This document shows positions 1-8,502 of a stretch of 24,000 bases of DNA, piece after piece. The notes below the pieces were generated by a model. That model searched no databases. It was given only the letters and a program-made list of their open reading frames with translations, and was not told the DNA's origin. Source of the stretch: Orbus sturtevantii (GTDB lineage Bacteria > Pseudomonadota > Gammaproteobacteria > Enterobacterales > Orbaceae); NCBI RefSeq assembly GCF_036251875.1, contig NZ_CP133960.1. The stretch is one strand, 5' to 3'. The first letter of the stretch is position 1. Each line of letters begins with the position of its first letter. A program made the translations under genes and the position numbers.

Positions 1-159
1 ATTATTTTTTATTATTTTCTTTAAAAAGAGCACGACCAAAAATATCGGTACCGTTATATCATTAAGAGGTGAAATTGTCGAGTTAAAGAATAAAAATGAG
101 GTAGGTAAATAGTTAGTACTATTGGGTTATACGATTTTGCAATAATTTAATAACAATGA

Positions 160-182
160 GAGCTAGTAAAATAAACTAGCTC
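160..182 (-). terminator. Putative terminator hairpin downstream of pgm
   Basis: Perfect 8-bp stem GAGCTAGT/ACTAGCTC with a 7-nt loop, 16 nt past the pgm stop. On the minus strand it is followed by T-rich TCATTGTTATT rather than a clean U-run. Confidence 0.45.
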
Positions 183-197
183 AATTTACGACATGAA

Positions 198-1829
198 TTA
201 ATTGATTGCCTTAGTAACTAATTGCTGTGCTTCTTGTTGAATCTGTAGCAAGTGCTCTTCACTAATAAAGCTCTCTGCATAGATTTTATAAGCGTCTTCT
301 GTTCCCGACGGGCGAGCAGCAAACCAACCATTTTTAGTAACGACTTTTAAGCCGCCAATTGGAGCATCATTAGCTGGTGCTTTAGTCAAGCATTGTTCAA
401 TAATTTCACCTGCTAGAGAGTCTGTAGTCAATTGACTCGCATCAAGTTTAGCTAATTTTTGCCGTTCCAAAAAACTGGCCGAAGCTTGAATTCGTCCATA
501 ATAAGATTGCCCAAATTGTCGCTCGAGCTCTTCATACTGTTGTTGTGGATTTTTACCCATCCTGGCGGTCATTTCAGCAGCAAGTAAGCATAGAATGATC
601 CCATCTTTATCGGTGGACCAAACTTGACTATTTTTTCTTAAAAAAGAGGCTCCTGCGCTTTCCTCACAAGCAAAACCAATTGTGCCATTAAATAGACCTT
701 CACCATACCATTTAAATCCCACGGGAAACTCTAATAATGTTCGCTGTAAATTAGTCGCAATTCTATCAACTATAGAACTAGTAACTAATGTTTTACCAAT
801 TAAGCAGTGATTATTCCAATTAGGCCGATGCTTAAATAAGTAGTTAACACAAGTCGCTAAATAAGCATTAGGTTTCATTAGCCCTGCCGGAGTTACAATG
901 CCGTGTCGATCAAAATCAGTATCATTACCAAAAGCTAAATCAAACTTATCTTTTAATTGCAATAAACCAGTCATTGCATCAGCGCTTGAACAATCCATTC
1001 TAATGACACTATCATGATCTAAATACATAAAGCTAAACGTCGGATCTATTTTATCATTAACAATATTAAGATTTAATTTATATCGCTCTGCTATTCTCGA
1101 CCAATAAGAGATACCAGCACCACCGAGTGGATCAACACCAATGTTCAGGTTTTCACCGGTAATAACATCAAAATCGATGATATTAGTTAAGTCATCAATA
1201 TAATCAGCCTCATATTCTTTAGTATGGATAAACCCTGAACTCATTGCCTTGGATAGTGTAAGCCGTTTAACCCCAGCTAAATTATTTTTTAATAACTCAT
1301 TTGCTCTAGCCTCAATGGCAGATGTCACAGCAGTATCCGCCGGCCCACCATTTATGGCATTATACTTTATCCCGCCATCTTCTGGGGGATTATGCGAAGG
1401 AGTAATGACAATACCATCAGCCAAATTACTATTTTTTTGATTATAACGAATAATCGCGTGAGAAATAGTTGGTGTGGGAGTATACCCCCAATCAACGGCA
1501 ATAATACTATTGATTTGGTTAGCGGCAAAAACTTCAAGCACCGTTTTTAAGGCAGGATCTGACAATGCATGGCTATCTTTACCTATAAAGCAAGGACCAG
1601 TAATGCTTTGTGATTTTCGATAATCTGCTACAGCTTGTGCAATAGCAAGGATATGCCATTGATTAAATGTTCCCTTGTTAGCACTCCCCCGATGTCCGGA
1701 GGTACCAAAAATAACTAACTGGCTAGGATCACCATTATCCGGCTCAATTGTATAGTAGTTATTTAATAAAGCATCAATATCAATTAGATCTTTTGGCTCA
1801 GCTAATTGCCCTGCTCTTGAATTTATCAT
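198..1829 (-). CDS. pgm: Phosphoglucomutase (alpha-D-glucose-phosphate specific)
   Basis: Contains TSGHRG, the phosphoserine loop TPSHNPPEDGGIKYN and the C-terminal GWFAARPSGTEDAYKIY, and is collinear with E. coli Pgm. The E. coli N-terminus MAIHNRAGQ aligns to the internal MINSRAGQ. I therefore place the start at ATG 1829 (AAGGAA about 10 nt upstream) rather than the longest-ORF start at 1868, which would overlap seqA. Confidence 0.95.
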   Translation of the reverse strand: MINSRAGQLAEPKDLIDIDALLNNYYTIEPDNGDPSQLVIFGTSGHRGSANKGTFNQWHILAIAQAVADYRKSQSITGPCFIGKDSHALSDPALKTVLEVFAANQINSIIAVDWGYTPTPTISHAIIRYNQKNSNLADGIVITPSHNPPEDGGIKYNAINGGPADTAVTSAIEARANELLKNNLAGVKRLTLSKAMSSGFIHTKEYEADYIDDLTNIIDFDVITGENLNIGVDPLGGAGISYWSRIAERYKLNLNIVNDKIDPTFSFMYLDHDSVIRMDCSSADAMTGLLQLKDKFDLAFGNDTDFDRHGIVTPAGLMKPNAYLATCVNYLFKHRPNWNNHCLIGKTLVTSSIVDRIATNLQRTLLEFPVGFKWYGEGLFNGTIGFACEESAGASFLRKNSQVWSTDKDGIILCLLAAEMTARMGKNPQQQYEELERQFGQSYYGRIQASASFLERQKLAKLDASQLTTDSLAGEIIEQCLTKAPANDAPIGGLKVVTKNGWFAARPSGTEDAYKIYAESFISEEHLLQIQQEAQQLVTKAIN

Positions 1830-1857
1830 CTGCTCAATTTCCTTTGCCTCAATAAAG

Positions 1858-2358
1858 TTATTTAGCAATAAATTGCGTTGTTACTTGCGCAATTATCTGC
1901 TTTGGTATTGTCATATTTAACATCAATGTTTCAATAATATAAATTTTTCGCGCAGTATTACTATTGGTGATAACCATATAAGGTGTATGGGGGATTAGCT
2001 TCGGTTTAGTATTATTACCCGAACGTAGTAATGTCTCTTCATCGTTAGCTAAATAACGTCTTTTGCTACCATGCAAAGATGCCGCAGCAATAGAAAACAA
2101 GCTTTTATTGCATAAGTATAACGTCGATAAAATTGATAGAAAGCGATTAACCAGTTTTTTTTCAGCGAGAAAACTATCACTATTAACTAAGTTGACTAAC
2201 GTTGAAATATCTGCTGATTTATTCGACGGCTCAATAACCGATGCTTTAGGTTCAATAACAAGCAAGCGGCGCAATATACTCGATGCACTTTCACCAATAT
2301 GCTGAGTTCTACCCGCTATATACTGATATAATTCGTCATCAATTTCGATTGTTTTCAT
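1858..2358 (-). CDS. seqA: Replication-origin sequestration protein SeqA
   Basis: N-terminus MKTIEIDDELYQYIAGRTQHIGESASSILRRLL and C-terminal TPYMVITNSNTARK closely follow E. coli SeqA. The seqA-pgm order matches E. coli. Confidence 0.92.
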   Translation of the reverse strand: MKTIEIDDELYQYIAGRTQHIGESASSILRRLLVIEPKASVIEPSNKSADISTLVNLVNSDSFLAEKKLVNRFLSILSTLYLCNKSLFSIAAASLHGSKRRYLANDEETLLRSGNNTKPKLIPHTPYMVITNSNTARKIYIIETLMLNMTIPKQIIAQVTTQFIAK

Positions 2359-2763
2359 GCAATATCCCTGTCATAACTATAATAAATAAAACTGATTATA
2401 TAATTTAATTTACTGAGTATCCTCATATCGTCTATCAATTAAAATAGGAATTAGTCAGAAATTAATTACATATAACTAAAATAAACACGTTGAAAAATAT
2501 TGACTCCCAAAATCAGGACGTCATAAACATTACTACTATCTGATACGCTTTCATCGTGATGCGAGGATTGTACCACTAATAATTGAAATAATAAAAATCT
2601 GACAAAACTTAGCATCAACGTTAATATATTTATATTCTTGATATAACTTATTAATAATTAATTATTTTTATCTATAAATGCCTAATAACAAATTTTTATC
2701 ATAAAAAAAACAATATTATTAGCTAAGATTTGCTAAAATGCACAACAATACGCTTAATTAATA

Positions 2764-2783
2764 TGTTATTTAATTAAATAACA
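2764..2783. repeat. Perfect 20-bp palindrome TGTTATTTAATTAAATAACA just upstream of slyB (candidate operator)
   Basis: The sequence equals its own reverse complement over 20 bp. It ends 28 bp before the slyB ATG and 14 bp before the GGGAGA Shine-Dalgarno. Confidence 0.6.
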
Positions 2784-2811
2784 GTATTGGCCATAATGGG
2801 AGATAAAATTT

Positions 2812-3288
2812 ATGAAAAAGATGACGGTATTAGCATGTTTAACAATATTACTTGTTGGTTGCCAAAATAGTGATATTTATTCTGGTAACGTGTATACCGC
2901 AAATCAAGCTAAACAAGTTCAAAATGTTAGCTATGGCACGGTGCTATCTGTCCGCCCAGTAAAAATTCAAACTAATGCATCAAATGACTCATCAAATAGC
3001 GTGATTGGTACCATCGGCGGTGCAGTCCTAGGTGGCTTTTTGGGCAACACAATTGGCGGGGGTGCTGGTAACAAACTAGCGATAGCCGGTGGCGCAATTG
3101 GTGGGGCAATAGTGGGAAGTGAAGTTGAAAACGCGGTCAGTCAAACTAACGCAGTAGAGCTTGAAATCCGTCAACAAAATGGTTCGTCAATTGTTATAGT
3201 ACAAAAAGCAGAGCCAGGCCAATTTCAAGTAGGACAAGAAGTCCGCCTAGTCACTAATGGCAAACAAGTTAACGCATCACCACGTTAA
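2812..3288 (+). CDS. slyB: Outer-membrane lipoprotein SlyB (glycine-zipper)
   Basis: Lipobox LLVGC. SGNVYTANQAKQVQNVSYGTVLSVRPVKIQ and the glycine-zipper IGGAVLGGFLGNTIGGG are near-collinear with E. coli SlyB (155 aa). Confidence 0.9.
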   Translation: MKKMTVLACLTILLVGCQNSDIYSGNVYTANQAKQVQNVSYGTVLSVRPVKIQTNASNDSSNSVIGTIGGAVLGGFLGNTIGGGAGNKLAIAGGAIGGAIVGSEVENAVSQTNAVELEIRQQNGSSIVIVQKAEPGQFQVGQEVRLVTNGKQVNASPR

Positions 3289-3306
3289 ACACGATAAGGA
3301 TTAGAA

Positions 3307-3714
3307 ATGCGAATATTACACACCATGATTCGTGTCGGAAATTTACAACAATCTATCGATTTTTATACTAAAACGATGGGAATGAAGTTGCTCCGAACAA
3401 GCGAAAACTCAGAATACAAATATTCATTAGCGTTTGTTGGTTATGACGATGAAAGTACTGCCTCGGTTATTGAACTAACTTATAACTGGGGAACCGACAG
3501 CTATGATCACGGCAATGCGTTTGGACATATTGCAATTGGCGTTAATAATGTAGCAAATACGTGCCAAATCATAAAACAAGCTGGTGGGAAAATCACTCGA
3601 GAAGCAGGCCCTGTAAAAGGGGGCTCAACAATTATTGCTTTTGTTGAAGATCCTGATGGCTATAAAATAGAGCTAATTGAAAATAGCCAAGCGGATAAAG
3701 CATTAGGTAATTAA
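3307..3714 (+). CDS. gloA: Glyoxalase I (lactoylglutathione lyase)
   Basis: 135 aa, the same length as E. coli Glo[35 protein letters not shown]...[10 protein letters not shown]...[17 protein letters not shown] match it. Confidence 0.95.
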   Translation: MRILHTMIRVGNLQQSIDFYTKTMGMKLLRTSENSEYKYSLAFVGYDDESTASVIELTYNWGTDSYDHGNAFGHIAIGVNNVANTCQIIKQAGGKITREAGPVKGGSTIIAFVEDPDGYKIELIENSQADKALGN

Positions 3715-3737
3715 ATTTAACCATTACTTAAAAAACT

Positions 3738-3762
3738 AAAAAAGGCCTTTGGGGCCCTTTTT
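3738..3762. terminator. Bidirectional rho-independent terminator between convergent gloA and ybhL
   Basis: AAAAAAGGCC-TTTGG-GGCCCTTTTT: a GGCC/GGCC stem extended by A:T pairs, with an A-run on one side and a T-run on the other. It sits between the two stop codons (3714 and 3781). Confidence 0.6.
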
Positions 3763-3780
3763 AGTTGTCATCTAACATAA

Positions 3781-4512
3781 TTATCGGCGATCACCTAAAA
3801 TTCTTAATAACATTAAGAATAAGTTAATAAAATCAAGATAAAGAGTTAAGGCACCAAAAATAGCATAACGTCTAAATGCATTTGGATCATCTTTTGGTAG
3901 TTGTTCACCAAAAGCTTTTAATTTTTGCGTGTCATAAGCAGTTAAACCAGCAAAAACAAATACACCAATATAAGTAATAGCCCACATTAATGGCGCGCTT
4001 TTCATGAAGATGTTAACCAGTGAAGCAATAACAATCCCGATTAATCCCATAAATAAAAATCTACCAAGCCCTGATAAATCTCGTTTTGTGGTATAACCAT
4101 AAAATGCTAAAGCAGCAAACATTCCTGCTGTAATAAAAAATACGCTGACAATCGATGATGCAGTATAGGCAAGAAAGATTGAACTCAGTGTTAAACCACT
4201 CAGTGCAGAATAGAGCATAAATATAGTTGTAGCTGCACTTCCTGATAAACGATTAATCATACCTGACAACACAAAAACCAACCCGAGTTGTGCAGCAATT
4301 AAAATCCATGAAAAAACACTTAAAGACCAATAACCACTAGCATCTTGGCTAAATAGCAATCTAAAAACAGACTCATTATTTGATGCAAACCAAGCAACTA
4401 AACCCGTCAAAGCAAGCCCAACAGTCATCCAGCCATAAACATGACTCATATAAGTTTGAACTCGGCTTCCAGCTTGCTCAACAATAGAACCATTAGGGGA
4501 ATAATTATTCAT
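3781..4512 (-). CDS. ybhL: BAX-inhibitor-1/YccA-family inner-membrane protein (YbhL-like)
   Basis: A seven-TM-like hydrophobic profile. QTYMSHVYGWMTVGL, GYTTKRDLSG and the C-terminus GALTLYLDFINLFLMLLRILGDRR match E. coli YbhL. It lies downstream of moaE, as in E. coli. Confidence 0.88.
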   Translation of the reverse strand: MNNYSPNGSIVEQAGSRVQTYMSHVYGWMTVGLALTGLVAWFASNNESVFRLLFSQDASGYWSLSVFSWILIAAQLGLVFVLSGMINRLSGSAATTIFMLYSALSGLTLSSIFLAYTASSIVSVFFITAGMFAALAFYGYTTKRDLSGLGRFLFMGLIGIVIASLVNIFMKSAPLMWAITYIGVFVFAGLTAYDTQKLKAFGEQLPKDDPNAFRRYAIFGALTLYLDFINLFLMLLRILGDRR

Positions 4513-4586
4513 TCATAACCTCTTTTTTATAAAATGATGTGTAGAAATTTGTATTCATCTTCACGATATTATATATAAATTGTATC

Positions 4587-5042
4587 TCAATACCATTTTT
4601 TCAAGGCACTTTTATCAGATTTTTTTGCTTCAACCCAATTGTCCCCACTTAATGTCTGTTCTTTTTTCCAAAATGGTGCTTCATTTTTTAAAACATCCAT
4701 AATAAATTCAGCTGCCGCGAATGAATCCTTGCGATGTGCGCTACTAACACCAACATAGACAATATTTTCATTAGCAACTATTTTGCCAATTCTGTGAATA
4801 ACAACAATACGATTAAGCTGCCAGCGAGCTCTCGCTTTGTCAATAATTTTATATAAGACATTTTCAGTCATGCCTTGGTAATGTTCTAAATATAGCGAAG
4901 ATACCTCATTTGACAATGATCTGACTTTCCCCGTAAAAGTTACAATAGCGCCATCTTCAGGAGATTGAGATAGCCACTGATAATGCCGCTCAAACTTAAT
5001 TTCTGCGTCACTAACAATAACAATGCTTTTATTTATATCCAT
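4587..5042 (-). CDS. moaE: Molybdopterin synthase catalytic subunit MoaE
   Basis: 151 aa. GAIVTFTGKVR, YLEHYQGMTE and EAPFWKKE are typical of MoaE. It follows moaD with a 2-nt gap. Confidence 0.9.
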   Translation of the reverse strand: MDINKSIVIVSDAEIKFERHYQWLSQSPEDGAIVTFTGKVRSLSNEVSSLYLEHYQGMTENVLYKIIDKARARWQLNRIVVIHRIGKIVANENIVYVGVSSAHRKDSFAAAEFIMDVLKNEAPFWKKEQTLSGDNWVEAKKSDKSALKKWY

Positions 5043-5044
5043 TT

Positions 5045-5290
5045 CTAGCCACCTGTAACGGGAGGAAAAAAAGCAACTTCATCCTGATTCTCAACAATAT
5101 AATACTTATCAACCAATTGTTTATTAACAGCACAAAGCGGTGTTTTCTCTTTTAAAGCATAATGCCAATTTTCACCGTTTAAACTCAAGTGATTAATTAA
5201 GTCAGCAATAGACATCTTGTCTATATCTAATTCCAAAGATGAAACGCCTACTAGTTCCCTTGTCTGTGCAAAAAATAATATTCTAGTCAT
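5045..5290 (-). CDS. moaD: Molybdopterin synthase sulfur-carrier subunit MoaD
   Basis: 81 aa ending in [12 protein letters not shown], the ubiquitin-like C-terminal Gly-Gly. Its start overlaps the moaC stop by 8 nt. Confidence 0.9.
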   Translation of the reverse strand: MTRILFFAQTRELVGVSSLELDIDKMSIADLINHLSLNGENWHYALKEKTPLCAVNKQLVDKYYIVENQDEVAFFPPVTGG

Positions 5291-5792
5291 GGCAAACTTT
5301 AAAATCTCCTGACTTACCGCCTCTTTTAGCTAATAATCGAACTTGTGAAATAACCATATCTTTTTGCACAGCTTTACACATATCATAAATAGTCAAAGCA
5401 GCTGTTGATGCGGCAAATAATGCTTCCATTTCGACACCTGTCTGCCCTTTTAGTTTACAAAGTGACTGAATCCTCACCTGAGAATGTTCTATATCTGGTT
5501 CGATCATGACCTCTACTTTTGTCAACAGTAATGGATGGCAAAGAGGAATAAGTTCCCATGTTCGCTTGGCTGCTTGGATACCGGCAATCCTCGCCGTTGC
5601 AAACACGTCACCTTTGTGGTGTTTACCCGCAATAATCATTGCTAACGTTTCGGCGTTCATTTGCACAAATGCTTCCGCTATAGCCTCTCGAGGTGTTTCA
5701 GCTTTTTCAGTTACGTCTACCATATGGGCTTGACCTTGCTCATTAACATGGCTAAAACTAAGGTCGTTTTTCTGTTGTTCTGACTGTGACAT
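5283..5792 (-). CDS. moaC: Cyclic pyranopterin monophosphate synthase MoaC
   Basis: [29 protein letters not shown] and [28 protein letters not shown] are nearly identical to E. coli MoaC motifs. Confidence 0.93.
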   Translation of the reverse strand: MSQSEQQKNDLSFSHVNEQGQAHMVDVTEKAETPREAIAEAFVQMNAETLAMIIAGKHHKGDVFATARIAGIQAAKRTWELIPLCHPLLLTKVEVMIEPDIEHSQVRIQSLCKLKGQTGVEMEALFAASTAALTIYDMCKAVQKDMVISQVRLLAKRGGKSGDFKVCHD

Positions 5793-5902
5793 AGATAAAA
5801 ATCTTTAATAAAAAATTTAACTTAAGATAACAAATTTATTAGATATTGAGAATAGATTCTTATTCCATTTTACAACAAACTGCATCATCAAAAAATTTTT
5901 TA

Positions 5903-5911
5903 TGTTATAAT
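5903..5911 (+). promoter_or_regulatory. Extended -10 promoter element (TGtTATAAT) for ygiM-cca
   Basis: TG-n-TATAAT at 5903-5911, about 40 bp upstream of the ygiM ATG. There is no good -35, which is acceptable for extended -10 promoters. Confidence 0.4.
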
Positions 5912-5950
5912 CAAAACGATGTTAAACACTAAACTGAAAGAAATAACCTT

Positions 5951-6577
5951 ATGAATAAAAAGAATTTATTAATAGCAGTCATGTTTTCATGTGCTTTACA
6001 AAGCTTAATGACATTTACTGTTTTGGCCGCTGATAAATATATTGCAGAAGATCTTTCTGTCTATTTAAAACGCGGCCCAGGCCCCCAATATGGAATAATT
6101 GGCTCGCTAAAATCAGGAGAGCAAGTTTCAGTATTAGAAACAAGCAGTGATGGTAAATATACTCGAATTAGAGATAGCAAAAATCGAGCATCGTGGATTG
6201 AATCAGAATTTTTATCCGATGTGCCTAATTTAAAAGAAAGATTACCTGCGCTTGAACAAGAATTAGCGATTTTAAAAGATAAAGCAAACAGTGCAACGCA
6301 AGATAGGCAAGCATTGATTGATAATTATACCAATCAGCTAACTGTTGCTAATCAAAAAATTACTGAGTTAGAAAAAAGAAATAGTGAACTACAAGCGCAA
6401 GCTGATGAACAATTATCAAATGTCGAATCGCTTAATAATCAGCTAGATGAAAAAAGACAAAATTTAATACTTAGTTGGTTTTTACGTGGCGGGCTGGTCG
6501 CTGGTATTGGCTTAGTTGCAGGTTTGGTACTACCATTTATTATCCCTCGCCGTAAAAAAAATAACTGGATGAACTAA
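5951..6577 (+). CDS. ygiM: SH3-domain membrane-anchored protein YgiM-like
   Basis: Signal peptide, an SH3b-like N-terminal domain ([26 protein letters not shown]), a coiled-coil region and a C-terminal TM segment followed by RRKKNNW. Same size as E. coli YgiM (206 aa) and same position upstream of cca. Confidence 0.8.
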   Translation: MNKKNLLIAVMFSCALQSLMTFTVLAADKYIAEDLSVYLKRGPGPQYGIIGSLKSGEQVSVLETSSDGKYTRIRDSKNRASWIESEFLSDVPNLKERLPALEQELAILKDKANSATQDRQALIDNYTNQLTVANQKITELEKRNSELQAQADEQLSNVESLNNQLDEKRQNLILSWFLRGGLVAGIGLVAGLVLPFIIPRRKKNNWMN

Positions 6578-6581
6578 ATTA

Positions 6582-7808
6582 ATGAAAAAATATCTTGTTG
6601 GGGGCGCGGTTAGAGATAGCTTACTTAATAATCCAATCGCCGATTCAGATTGGGTTATTGTTGGCGCCAAACCACAAGAATTATTAGATCTGGGCTATGA
6701 ACAGGTAGGAAAGGATTTCCCCGTATTCTTGCATCCCGAAACAAAAGAAGAGTATGCCTTAGCTCGAACTGAGCGCAAATCAGGTAAAGGATATACTGGG
6801 TTTATTTGTGATTTTAGCCAAGAGATCACACTGGAGCAGGATTTACTCCGTAGAGACTTAACGATTAATGCTATCGCGATGGATGAAGATAAAAACTTAA
6901 TTGATCCATACGGTGGCATTAATGATCTAAACAATCGAATATTAAGGCACGTTTCGTTAGCTTTCAAAGAAGATCCTCTTAGAGTATTACGCGTTGCTCG
7001 CTTTGCCGCTCGTTACCACCACCAAGGTTTCACTATTGCACCAGAAACTCTTACGCTTATGAGGGAGATAGTTAAGGCTGGTGAAATGGCTCATTTAACT
7101 GCCGAAAGAGTCTGGAAAGAGACCGAAAAAGCACTAGCAACGCAAAACCCACAAGTATTTTTTGAAGTTTTAAAAGCTTGTGATGCTTTAGTTATACTGT
7201 TTCCGGAATTAAATAACTTATTTGGCGTACCACAGCCAGAAAAATGGCATCCAGAAATTGATACAGGCATTCATACTCTGCTCGCCTTACAACAGTCAGC
7301 CTTGCTCACTGATGATTTATTGGTACGCTTCTCGGTATTATGCCACGATTTTGGTAAAGGATTAACACCAAAAGAACAATGGCCGCATCATAAAAACCAT
7401 GGTGAAAAAGGCATTGCTTTAGTACAGCAATTATGCACAAGATTAAAAATACCTAACCAGTATCAAAAAATTGCCAGCTTAATGTGTCGTTATCACGATG
7501 AAGTTCATTGTGTTACGAAATTACCAACCGAGGCATTAGTTTTGTTACTTAACGGTATTGATGTGTGGCGCAATCCCGATAACCTTGAAAAATTGATATT
7601 AACGAGTTTGGCTGATTTGAGAGGCCGAAAAGGTTTCGAAAATGAGCCTTATCCGCAAGCACAATACTTAAAAAAAATTTATTCAATTGCTAAATCGGTG
7701 GCGATAAAAGATATCATTCAAGCTGGCTTTCAAGGCAAAGAAATTCATGATGAATTGCTCCGTAGACGGATTAATTCCATCGACGAATGGAAAATGACTA
7801 ATATTTGA
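6582..7808 (+). CDS. cca: Multifunctional CCA-adding tRNA nucleotidyltransferase with HD domain
   Basis: [35 protein letters not shown] and [17 protein letters not shown] (HD phosphohydrolase) are collinear with E. coli Cca (412 aa). Confidence 0.95.
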   Translation: MKKYLVGGAVRDSLLNNPIADSDWVIVGAKPQELLDLGYEQVGKDFPVFLHPETKEEYALARTERKSGKGYTGFICDFSQEITLEQDLLRRDLTINAIAMDEDKNLIDPYGGINDLNNRILRHVSLAFKEDPLRVLRVARFAARYHHQGFTIAPETLTLMREIVKAGEMAHLTAERVWKETEKALATQNPQVFFEVLKACDALVILFPELNNLFGVPQPEKWHPEIDTGIHTLLALQQSALLTDDLLVRFSVLCHDFGKGLTPKEQWPHHKNHGEKGIALVQQLCTRLKIPNQYQKIASLMCRYHDEVHCVTKLPTEALVLLLNGIDVWRNPDNLEKLILTSLADLRGRKGFENEPYPQAQYLKKIYSIAKSVAIKDIIQAGFQGKEIHDELLRRRINSIDEWKMTNI

Positions 7809-7858
7809 TTACATCTCAAACAATCGATAAAAAAATTTAAAATATCATAAAAAAGTAG

Positions 7859-7894
7859 TTGACGATTTGGCTTAAGACAAGCATAATGCGCCTC
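7859..7894 (+). promoter_or_regulatory. Sigma-70 promoter of the tRNA operon with GC-rich discriminator
   Basis: -35 TTGACG (7859-7864), 17-bp spacer, -10 CATAAT (7882-7887), then GCGCCTC, a stringent-type discriminator. An A/T-rich UP-like tract lies upstream. The first tRNA starts about 30 nt downstream. Confidence 0.7.
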
Positions 7895-7924
7895 GCAGTG
7901 TTAGTTACGACGTTGCGAATGAAT

Positions 7925-8001
7925 GGCTACGTAGCTCAGTTGGTTAGAGCACATCACTCATAATGATGGGGTCACAGGTTCGAATCCCGTCGTAGCCACC
8001 A
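7925..8001 (+). tRNA. metT: tRNA-Met (CAU), elongator
   Basis: The 77-nt sequence GGCTACGTAGCTCAGTTGGTTAGAGCACATCACTCATAATGATGGGGTCACAGGTTCGAATCCCGTCGTAGCCACCA matches E. coli elongator tRNA-Met as I remember it. The CCA end is encoded. Confidence 0.95.
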
Positions 8002-8023
8002 TTAAGATTAAAGAAGTATTAGT

Positions 8024-8108
8024 GCGGGTGTGGCGAAATTGGTAGACGCACCAGATTTAGGTTCTGGCGCCGCGAGGCGTGTGAGTTCAAGTCTCTCCAC
8101 CCGCACCA
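8024..8108 (+). tRNA. leuW: tRNA-Leu (UAG)
   Basis: 85-nt type II tRNA with acceptor GCGGGTG/CACCCGC, anticodon stem CCAGA/TCTGG and loop TTTAGGT (anticodon TAG). It has a long variable arm, a GTTCAAGTC T-loop and an encoded CCA. Confidence 0.92.
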
Positions 8109-8133
8109 TTTAATCTAAGCAATCTTATACCAT

Positions 8134-8207
8134 TGGGGTATAGCCAAGCGGTAAGGCAGCGGGTTTTGATCCCGCCATCCTAGGTTCGAATCCTGGTACC
8201 CCAGCCA
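8134..8207 (+). tRNA. glnU: tRNA-Gln (UUG)
   Basis: 74 nt with acceptor TGGGGTA/TACCCCA, anticodon stem GCGGG/CCCGC and loop TTTTGAT (anticodon TTG). GGTTCGAATCC T-arm and encoded CCA. Confidence 0.92.
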
Positions 8208-8318
8208 TCTTACTAATCACTATTTAGTCAGAGCGCCAATGAAAATTACAATCATTGTATCAACAAGTCTGATTAAAAAATTATGACCCAGCTCGAGCAA
8301 AATCACTTACCTTTATTT

Positions 8319-8393
8319 TGGGGTATAGCCAAGCGGTAAGGCAGCGGATTCTGATTCCGCCATTCCAAGGTTCGAATCCTTGTACCCCAGCCA
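8319..8393 (+). tRNA. glnV: tRNA-Gln (CUG)
   Basis: 75 nt with the same acceptor and D-arm as the previous tRNA. Anticodon stem GCGGA/TCCGC and loop TTCTGAT (anticodon CTG). Encoded CCA. Confidence 0.92.
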
Positions 8394-8502
8394 TTAAAAA
8401 TTTTAATAATCAATAGATTAATAGAAGACGATTCTGTCAATTTAATCAACATTGACTAACGGCAGGTAAGGTTTAGTTGCTAAATTTCAGTACAGAGTAT
8501 TG

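Noticed and set aside
1830-1868. A 13-codon N-terminal extension of pgm that would overlap seqA by 11 nt.
   Set aside because: The E. coli Pgm N-terminus aligns to the internal MINSRAGQ, and that ATG has an AAGGAA Shine-Dalgarno. The extension is probably an artefact of longest-ORF calling, though I cannot exclude it without proteomic or ribosome-profiling data.
5793-5950. A possible Moco riboswitch upstream of moaC.
   Set aside because: The spacer is nearly all A/T, with none of the conserved GC-rich paired regions expected of the Moco RNA motif.
8394-8502. An integration (att) site or genomic-island junction right after tRNA-Gln.
   Set aside because: I could find no integrase gene and no direct repeat of the tRNA 3' end anywhere downstream in the window. 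The only structure is a weak 6-bp hairpin (GTCAAT...ATTGAC).
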